Origin: Allobaculum fili
Lineage (GTDB): Bacteria; Bacillota_I; Bacilli_A; Erysipelotrichales; Erysipelotrichaceae
Direction: 5' to 3'
Assembly: GCF_020969955.1 (NCBI RefSeq)
Contig: NZ_JAHDSX010000053.1
Span: 1-14,706 of the forward strand
Length of the DNA: 14,706 nucleotides
The translations under genes and the position numbers were made by a program. Under the pieces are notes generated by a model that was not told where the DNA came from, searched no databases, and worked only from the letters and a program-made list of their open reading frames with translations. Within the stretch, counting starts at the first letter, position 1. Each line of letters starts with the position of its first letter. Below are positions 9,810 through 14,706 of this stretch, one piece after another.

Positions 9810-10160
9810 ATTCATCACTCCTGTTTATCTTGCATGCCCGTGCGGGTATGCCTGTTATATGCTTTTGATCTTAGTCTTTCTATTCCTCATTTCCATAGGC
9901 AAACCGGGGAAAGTGTCGTTTTGACGAAATTGTCCGCATCTGTCCGGACTAAGGATCCGAAAGCGCTTCCGACGCGCTAAAGCGATTCGGATAATGCTGT
10001 CCTAAGCGTACCATTCTTCATTTTTTTGCCTGCCGGCGATGCCCGCCCTTTCCCGATTTCGTCCTTTGAAGTTTCCTTAAACTCGACTGGTATCCCTTAC
10101 ATGGAATTTCCAGAGCTTTGCGACTGTATGTTAGGGCTAACTAAAACGGGGATAAAAACG

Positions 10161-10189
10161 TTTCTCGATCCCCGGATTTTTTCTATAAT
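10161..10189 (+). promoter_or_regulatory. candidate ferredoxin promoter (TATAAT at 10184..10189, weak -35)
   Basis: A perfect TATAAT lies 30 nt upstream of the ferredoxin ATG. The -35 position reads TTTCTC, a poor match, and the region overlaps a hairpin/T-run (see findings). Confidence 0.4.
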
Positions 10190-10219
10190 GGAGAGGACCA
10201 AACGAAAGGAGACTTTACA

Positions 10220-10396
10220 ATGGCTGCTGTAGTTAATGATGATCTCTGCATCGGTTGCGGTGCTTGCGAAGGCGCTTGCCCTACTGGTGCTATCACCCTT
10301 CCAGACGGCAAAGCAGTAGTTGATGCTGATGTATGCATCGATTGCGGCGCTTGCGTTGGCGTTTGCCCAACTGGTGCTGTTACCCTTGGTGACTAA
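10220..10396 (+). CDS. 2x[4Fe-4S] clostridial-type ferredoxin (58 aa)
   Basis: This gene is not in the ORF track because it is under 60 aa. My translation is MAAVVNDDLCIGCGACEGACPTGAITLPDGKAVVDADVCIDCGACVGVCPTGAVTLGD, with two CxxCxxCxxxCP motifs. AAAGGAG lies 8 nt upstream, the GCT/GGT-biased codon usage suggests high expression, and a strong terminator follows. Confidence 0.9.
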   Translation: MAAVVNDDLCIGCGACEGACPTGAITLPDGKAVVDADVCIDCGACVGVCPTGAVTLGD

Positions 10397-10427
10397 TTAG
10401 AGTAAAATTATCGATCAAAACAAATTA

Positions 10428-10451
10428 GGCGGGAGCAATCCCGCCTTTTTT
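10428..10451 (+). terminator. rho-independent terminator of the ferredoxin gene
   Basis: GGCGGGA (10428..10434), GCAA tetraloop, TCCCGCC (10439..10445), then TTTTTT. Confidence 0.85.
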
Positions 10452-10456
10452 GTACA

Positions 10457-10511
10457 CAAAAAGCCCTGCCGGCTTCCGTCCAGTGTTCTGGATCCATGTC
10501 CGCAGGGCTTT
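10457..10511 (-). terminator. probable terminator of the PHP gene (long compound hairpin)
   Basis: AAAGCCCTGC (about 10460..10469) pairs with GCAGGGCTTT (10502..10511) and encloses an inner TCCAG-tgtt-CTGGA hairpin. On the minus strand it is followed by TTTTTGTGT. It lies 80 nt downstream of the stop at 10592. Confidence 0.55.
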
Positions 10512-10591
10512 GCTTATTCACGTTTATCTTATGGCAATCCGCTTTGCGTCAACCAGCCAGTTCGTTTGTTATCATACTGCCTTACTGCGAT

Positions 10592-11512
10592 CTATTTCGC
10601 GCTGTTCTTGTGCTGGCTGAGCGTTCTGGAAAAGCGTTCAAAATACGGGGTTCCGTCCCGATCCAGGTGATAGTCGCCCATGACAATATCGGGTTTCTTT
10701 TCGCCGTGGAAATCAGATCCGCATGTAATCATCAGATCGTGATTTTCCGCAAACGTGCGGTAGTAATCGATCTGTTCGGGAGAATGGTAGTTGGAATAGG
10801 CTTCAATGCCGTCCAGTCCGCTTTCGATCAGCTTCTCAAGTTCTTCATCCTTGTGATCAAACGTACGGAACGGATGGGCAAGAACGGCGATGCCGCCGGC
10901 CTGATGCACGCGATCGATGGCTTCAAAAAGATCGGGCGCATCTACACGTACATACAGATCGCTGTCCGGTGTGGCGCAGCGGTCCCAGTAGAAATTGACA
11001 GGCGCCGGGGAGCAGCGTTTGCCGCCAGGCAGGTAATCCTGAAAGTCTTCAATGTTCTGCGCTTCCGGCATTTGAAAAACGACATCCATCAGCGTAAACC
11101 ATGGGTTTTTATCCCCAGCCTGGCGCAAAACTTCTTCTTCGTCGACCGTCAGATTGTATTTGCGGCAAAGTTTTTCCACGCGGGTATGAAAGGTCGTTCG
11201 GCGAATTTCGTCCTGCATGGCTTCCAGAGAATTCAGCCATGAATCTTCGGGATCTACGTTATAGCCAAGTAGATGGACGGAATATTCCCCTTTATACAGC
11301 GTCGAAACTTCGATTCCAATAATTGTATCGATTCCGGCTTTCTTCGCTTCCTTTGCAAATTCGTCTGTGTTTCTGAGCGTATCGTGATCGGTCAGTGCAA
11401 TCGCGTTCATGCCGTTTTCTCTGGCGATATCGATCAGTTCCTTCGGGGTAAACTGGCCATCGCTCGATGCGTCTGAATGCATGTGAAGATCAAATCGAAA
11501 TGGTTTCTGCAT
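10592..11512 (-). CDS. PHP-domain metal-dependent phosphoesterase (TrpH/YciV-like)
   Basis: The N-terminal FDLHMHSDASSDG motif (HxH), ALTDHD, the central insert, LAHP and the C-terminal GSDFHG are the PHP-family metal ligand motifs in the expected order. The ORF is 306 aa. AGGAGG lies 13 nt upstream of the ATG, which is a long spacing. Confidence 0.8.
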   Translation of the reverse strand: MQKPFRFDLHMHSDASSDGQFTPKELIDIARENGMNAIALTDHDTLRNTDEFAKEAKKAGIDTIIGIEVSTLYKGEYSVHLLGYNVDPEDSWLNSLEAMQDEIRRTTFHTRVEKLCRKYNLTVDEEEVLRQAGDKNPWFTLMDVVFQMPEAQNIEDFQDYLPGGKRCSPAPVNFYWDRCATPDSDLYVRVDAPDLFEAIDRVHQAGGIAVLAHPFRTFDHKDEELEKLIESGLDGIEAYSNYHSPEQIDYYRTFAENHDLMITCGSDFHGEKKPDIVMGDYHLDRDGTPYFERFSRTLSQHKNSAK

Positions 11513-11623
11513 AGTCTGCTCTATTCCTCCTGGGCGTTCTGCCTGTTCTGTTCAGCCGCGTTTCTGTTCTGTTTTGAAACGTTTGCCTTCTGCCTTTTTG
11601 GCGAGCTGTTTAATTTGTTCAGA

Positions 11624-11629
11624 ATTATA
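11624..11629 (-). promoter_or_regulatory. candidate -10 box (TATAAT) for the PHP gene
   Basis: On the minus strand, TATAAT lies at 11629..11624, about 110 nt upstream of the PHP start. I found no good -35 element. Confidence 0.3.
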
Positions 11630-11883
11630 TTAATCATTCTTTTTGCACTTCGCGCAGTTTGACCACCCCACTGGAATAAAAAACAAACCGCTCGCCGTTT
11701 TAAGCGTTTTCACTCACCAAGCATTTCGATACGGTATCCAGACGGATTGTTCAAACCTCTTCCCGGCTTTGGAAAACCGCCTTCCTTTAAAGACCGGAAC
11801 AGAAAAGGCCAACGGGCAAAAAAAGCGAAGCCGCCCAGATTTTCTCAATCCAGACGATTTCGCCTGCAGAACTAAATATTTTT

Positions 11884-11915
11884 TTCAAAACGGATCTTCT
11901 GTCTGTGAAGATCCT
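11884..11915 (-). terminator. rho-independent terminator of the secreted repeat-protein gene
   Basis: GGATCTTC (11892..11899) pairs with GAAGATCC (11908..11915) around a 7-8 nt loop. On the minus strand it is followed by GTTTTG. It starts 10 nt after the stop codon. Confidence 0.6.
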
Positions 11916-11924
11916 TCACTCGGC

Positions 11925-13529
11925 TTATTCCTGAACGAAGCCTTCTTTGTACTGATATTTCGGACGTTCGGCGTTCTGCATCCAGCAGAGATTGCCATCG
12001 CCTTTCAGTGCACGTTCGAGCATCGGGTCAAAGATGTATTCGTTTCCGTCCAGCTTGATTTTTACCCAGCTGTGATCGGACCAGCCGCTCTGCGTGCGGA
12101 GTTCGCCGCTGATGACCTGTACATCGTAGCCGAGGTTTTTGGCCAGCGTGCCGAAAGTCGCCGCAAAGACGGCTGCACTTCCGGAACGATCCGTAAAGCC
12201 AAGCGTAGCCAGATGCTGGAGAGCCGTCATATCGGACGGCACATCCTTTTCCTTATCGGAAGGAATGTAGCGAATGGTGTTCCATGTCCAGTCGTAAATA
12301 TCGCGCAGTTCACGTCCTGCATCGCGGTATACCGCCAGGCACTCAAGCATGAGGCTTTCGTCTGGGGTCAAGGTCAGCTTCGTACCGTCCTGGTCGTACT
12401 TGATGCCGTTGACGGTTACGCCCTTGAGCATGCGTCCTTCTTCATCAAATGTCACATAGCGCGGGTTTTCGCCGTTTTCATCCATGAGGTAATCGCCGAC
12501 GGTTGCCTTTCCGGTATCGATATCAAAGAGATACGTATCGCCGCCGTATTCTTTCAGACCGTAGGACTGAAAGCCGTTTTCGTCATAGAGGTAAACGCTG
12601 TCCTCGGTTTTATACAGACCGATTACGGATTTTCCGTCGTTTTTCGGATCGAGGATCATTACCTGTCCGCCGACTTTCTGCTCGCCTTCCAGCTGTTCCA
12701 TCGTCTTGTTGTCATAGACTTTGAACGTGTGGTCGGACTGTTCCACAACGGAAACCGGAGAAATAGCATACCAGCCGATATTTTCATCGTTCCAGCCCAG
12801 TTTCTGCGTCAGCATCCGGTGTTCCCGGGCATCCGTGGAATAGTTATGGTTATTCATGAACTGATTCGGGTTGTACTGACGATAAACCGGAAGAGTGTTC
12901 GGCGCGTCTTCTTCATCGGCAGAAAACCAGCCGATGCCTTCATCATTCCATCCTGCCGAAACGAGGAAATCGCGTTCGTTGGCATCCATGGTGTAATGGT
13001 GGTCCCCGTTAGGGTTGTACAGACGATAGACTTCCTTACCGCCGCTGAGCGGAGCAAGCCAGCCGATGCCTTCATCGTTCCAGCCCGCCTGGACAAGGTA
13101 GCTGAATTCGTCTTCATCAGACGTATAAAAGTGTTCGCCGCTGTTCGGGTTGTAGAGGCGGTGCATTTCCACATATTCATGATCTTCCAGGAATTTTGCG
13201 GCGCGTACCTGTTCCTGTCGGATCGCCTGCTGTTCCGTTTCATCCTTGCTGGTCAGTTTCGCCAGGTCATCCTGATACAGCTTGACTTCATAAACGGTTT
13301 TCGGATCTTTGTACCAGTCGTAAACCGTCGCATCGACTTCGTTTCCGGGTTTGTCTTCGGAATCGGTATCGGAAGAGGAATCATCTCCCTCATCCGGTGT
13401 TTCCACACTGTCCGTCGGAAGGTCTGTAAGGGAATCGGTCTGTTCCTGAGCAAACATGGATACCGTGCTCACAGGCATCATGCAGCTGGCACAGAGAACG
13501 AGAGAAAGCATACGTTTCCAGTTCTTCAT
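11925..13529 (-). CDS. secreted or cell-surface multi-repeat protein with a C-terminal transglutaminase-like (Cys-less) domain
   Basis: A signal peptide MKNWKRMLSLVLCASCMMPVSTVSMFA/QEQ is followed by an acidic D/S/T-rich linker and three YRLYNPN..HFYT..GWNDEGIGW repeats. Next comes a Y/G/D-rich beta-repeat stretch (YLYDENGF..GDTYLFDIDTGKATVG). The C-terminus reads GSAAVFAATFGTLAKNLGYDVQVISG...DHSWVKIKLDGNEYIFDP, resembling the transglutaminase-like core. Confidence 0.85.
   Translation of the reverse strand: MKNWKRMLSLVLCASCMMPVSTVSMFAQEQTDSLTDLPTDSVETPDEGDDSSSDTDSEDKPGNEVDATVYDWYKDPKTVYEVKLYQDDLAKLTSKDETEQQAIRQEQVRAAKFLEDHEYVEMHRLYNPNSGEHFYTSDEDEFSYLVQAGWNDEGIGWLAPLSGGKEVYRLYNPNGDHHYTMDANERDFLVSAGWNDEGIGWFSADEEDAPNTLPVYRQYNPNQFMNNHNYSTDAREHRMLTQKLGWNDENIGWYAISPVSVVEQSDHTFKVYDNKTMEQLEGEQKVGGQVMILDPKNDGKSVIGLYKTEDSVYLYDENGFQSYGLKEYGGDTYLFDIDTGKATVGDYLMDENGENPRYVTFDEEGRMLKGVTVNGIKYDQDGTKLTLTPDESLMLECLAVYRDAGRELRDIYDWTWNTIRYIPSDKEKDVPSDMTALQHLATLGFTDRSGSAAVFAATFGTLAKNLGYDVQVISGELRTQSGWSDHSWVKIKLDGNEYIFDPMLERALKGDGNLCWMQNAERPKYQYKEGFVQE
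12756..13169 (-). repeat. three tandem ~45-aa intragenic repeats (LYNPN-x-HFYT ... GWNDEGIGW type)
   Basis: The repeats cover aa 121-258 of the 534-aa protein: HRLYNPNSGEHFYTSDEDEFSYLVQAGWNDEGIGW, YRLYNPNGDHHYTMDANERDFLVSAGWNDEGIGW and YRQYNPNQFMNNHNYSTDAREHRMLTQKLGWNDENIGW. They resemble the repeat I recall as DUF5648-type in Firmicute surface proteins. Confidence 0.7.
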
Positions 13530-13550
13530 ATCATGGTTCCTTTCTGCACT

Positions 13551-13568
13551 TTCGTTTGAACAAACGAA
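13551..13568. promoter_or_regulatory. perfect inverted repeat TTCGTTTG-aa-CAAACGAA, candidate operator
   Basis: The 8+8 bp palindrome with a 2-nt centre lies between a minus-strand TATAAT (13588..13583) and the start codon (13529) of the surface-protein gene. It sits in the 300-bp region shared with the divergent XRE regulator gene. Confidence 0.5.
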
Positions 13569-13582
13569 ATATGAACTTCCAT

Positions 13583-13588
13583 ATTATA
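13583..13588 (-). promoter_or_regulatory. candidate -10 box (TATAAT) for the surface-protein gene
   Basis: The minus strand reads GTTATAATATGG, 54 nt upstream of the ATG at 13529. The -35 element is poor. Confidence 0.35.
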
Positions 13589-13828
13589 ACTTATGAGCGC
13601 ACGCGATCCTACGAACAGCCAGCCAAATCCGTGAACCGCGACGGCGTTCTTCAAAAAACAGGGGCTTTCCTTTTGGGCGCTTCCGGGCAGCAAGAATGTT
13701 CTGGCTGTCCGGAAGAAACCGCAAATAAACCAGCTCGTTACGTTTTCGGACGCAACAGCTCTCTCTGGACGGTGGAGAGGGATCCCGGCATCTTCTATAC
13801 TTTGTTCAGACAAAACAGGAGGAAAGAC

Positions 13829-14296
13829 ATGACGTTAGGCAGCAGTTTATTTCAGGCCAGAAAGAAGCAGGGCCTTTCTCAGGAAGACGTTGCGGAAAAA
13901 CTGGGCGTCAGCCGCCAGACCGTATCCAAATGGGAAACGGACGAAACCGTTCCGGATCTTCGCCAGGCCAAAAAGATGGCCGCTCTCTATCATCTCAGTC
14001 TTGACGAACTCATCCAGTTCGATCTGGACAAAGAAGAAATCGAGCAGGCGATCGAACGCTCCAGCGATTCACTAACAGATAAAATCGACTGGACGAGCGT
14101 CTGGGCGAAAAAGTATCCCATTCTGGCCGAGTACTCGAATCAGGTCCACATATCGTGGTATGCCCATGAGATCAAGCGTCTGCTGGACGCACTCAAAATC
14201 GATTACGGATTTTGCGAACAGGACGCCATGCTGGTGCTGAAGGACATTCTCTATCAGGTGTGGAAGGCGCACAAACAATCCAGGCGCCGATCGTAA
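13829..14296 (+). CDS. XRE-family helix-turn-helix transcriptional regulator with a ~90-aa C-terminal domain of unknown function
   Basis: The HTH reads LFQARKKQGLSQEDVAEKLGVSRQTVSKWETDETVPDLRQAKKMAALYHLSLDELI. I place the start at the ATG at 13829, which has AGGAGG 7 nt upstream, giving 155 aa. The track ORF from 13556 adds 91 residues with no ribosome-binding site that run through the promoter region. Confidence 0.85.
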   Translation: MTLGSSLFQARKKQGLSQEDVAEKLGVSRQTVSKWETDETVPDLRQAKKMAALYHLSLDELIQFDLDKEEIEQAIERSSDSLTDKIDWTSVWAKKYPILAEYSNQVHISWYAHEIKRLLDALKIDYGFCEQDAMLVLKDILYQVWKAHKQSRRRS

Positions 14297-14340
14297 GCCG
14301 GATTTTTGCTTCTTCATCAAAGACCGCTTCAAACGTAGAA

Positions 14341-14386
14341 AAATCCCCGAACGATACCGGATTTCTCCTTTATCTTTCGGGGATTT
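14341..14386. terminator. terminator shared by the rrn operon (minus strand) and the XRE gene (plus strand)
   Basis: An 11-bp stem AAATCCCCGAA (14341..14351) pairs with TTCGGGGATTT (14376..14386) around a 24-nt loop. On the minus strand it is followed by TTTTTCTAC, directly after the 5S 3' end. On the plus strand it is followed by CGTTTTG. Confidence 0.6.
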
Positions 14387-14392
14387 CGTTTT

Positions 14393-14501
14393 GTCTGGCA
14401 GCTTCCTATCTTTGCCTTGCGGCTATTGTCGGCGTTCTGCAGCTTAACTGGCCAGGTTCGATATGTTTCTGGGTGTATCCTGCAGGCTATCGCCACCATA
14501 C
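14393..14501 (-). rRNA. rrf: 5S ribosomal RNA (about 109 nt)
   Basis: The reverse complement is GTATGGTGGCGATAGCCTGCAGGATACACCCAGAAACATATCGAACCTGGCCAGTTAAGCTGCAGAACGCCGACAATAGCCGCAAGGCAAAGATAGGAAGCTGCCAGAC. It shares GGTGGCGATAGC, ACACCC, CGAAC, GTTAAGC and CGCCGA with the B. subtilis and E. coli 5S sequences as I recall them. The 5' and 3' ends pair to form helix I. The ends are accurate to a few nt. Confidence 0.85.
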
Positions 14502-14612
14502 TTAGATTTTTTGAATGGATCTTCCAAAAACAAACATCAGTCTTCTAACATAACGATCTAACGCGATCGTTGGTTCAGCAGTGGCTTCTTGCGTATAGCT
14601 TTCTCGAATCTT

Positions 14613-14706
14613 AGATTAAGCTTTCGACCGATTAGTACTGGCCAACTCCACGAATCGCTTCGCTTCCATCTCCAGCCTATCGCCTTGTCGTCTTCAAGGG
14701 GTCTTA
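14613..14706 (-). rRNA. rrl: 23S ribosomal RNA, 3'-terminal fragment (gene continues beyond the window)
   Basis: The reverse complement TAAGACCCCTTGAAGACGACAAGGCGATAGGCTGGAGATGGAAGCGAAGCGATTCGTGGAGTTGGCCAGTACTAATCGGTCGAAAGCTTAATCT matches the conserved 23S 3' end (TGAAGACGAC..GATAGGC..GTACTAAT..GCTTAAC). A spacer of about 110 nt separates it from the 5S gene. Confidence 0.9.

Noticed and set aside
9819-10219. Small ORFs as possible RiPP precursor peptides next to the radical SAM gene (minus strand: 14-aa MKNGTLRTALSESL, 19-aa MRTISSKRHFPRFAYGNEE, 13-aa MEMRNRKTKIKSI; plus strand: 43-aa MEFPELCDCML... and the 68-aa track ORF)
   Set aside because: None has a Shine-Dalgarno sequence at a workable spacing. 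None shows leader/core features such as Cys/Ser/Thr-rich cores or a Gly-Gly cleavage site. Several overlap the hairpins or the ferredoxin promoter. They cannot be excluded without comparative data.
10496-11242. 248-aa ORF antisense to the PHP gene
   Set aside because: Same reasoning: the PHP metal-ligand motifs are on the opposite strand, and this ORF begins inside the PHP terminator hairpin.
7414-11512. Reading HAD phosphatase, radical SAM, ferredoxin and PHP phosphoesterase as one pathway (for example a modified-nucleotide system)
   Set aside because: Each gene is separated from the next by its own strong terminator, orientations are mixed, and both hydrolase families are common housekeeping singletons. 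I have no sequence evidence of co-transcription. The idea is only worth revisiting if the neighbourhood is conserved across distant genomes.
11643-13559. 638-aa ORF antisense to the secreted repeat-protein gene
   Set aside because: The minus-strand frame has a signal peptide, repeats and recognisable domain motifs. The plus-strand product is low-complexity (I/V/F/R-rich) with no motifs and runs through the terminator and promoter regions.
13556-13828. N-terminal 91-aa extension of the XRE ORF given by the track
   Set aside because: There is no ribosome-binding site at 13556. The extension runs through the divergent promoter and operator region and has an improbable composition. The ATG at 13829 has AGGAGG 7 nt upstream and places the HTH at the usual N-terminal position.
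14212-14505. 97-aa plus-strand ORF
   Set aside because: It overlaps the XRE 3' end, the terminator and the entire 5S rRNA gene on the opposite strand.

Overview
No convincing new multi-gene system was found in this window. It is a chromosomal segment from a Bacillota-type genome, judging by strong AGGAGG ribosome-binding sites, a clostridial-type ferredoxin and a BceAB-type transporter. It lies between two rRNA operons that both run on the minus strand. The right edge carries the 3' end of a 23S gene, a short spacer, a 5S gene and a terminator. The left edge carries tandem promoters and a boxB/boxA-type leader reading out of the window, presumably into a 16S gene. Between them are 11 protein genes, mostly monocistronic and mostly followed by a hairpin/T-run terminator: rpiB, a translationally coupled BceAB-like ABC ATPase/permease pair, gdhA, a small 4-TM protein, a HAD phosphatase, a ~490-aa radical SAM enzyme, a 58-aa 2x[4Fe-4S] ferredoxin (too short for the ORF track), a PHP phosphoesterase, a 534-aa secreted repeat protein and a divergent XRE regulator. 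I saw no mobile element, CRISPR array, tRNA or recognisable defence or toxin module. The items most worth a second look are: (1) the secreted protein, whose transglutaminase-like core has Ala at the catalytic Cys position; (2) its divergent XRE regulator with a perfect 8+8 palindrome; (3) an unassigned radical SAM enzyme with a structured 5' leader, divergent from the ferredoxin; (4) a BceAB module with no two-component system in the window; (5) several unusually long gene-free intergenic regions. All homology calls come from motif recognition by eye, not from searches.
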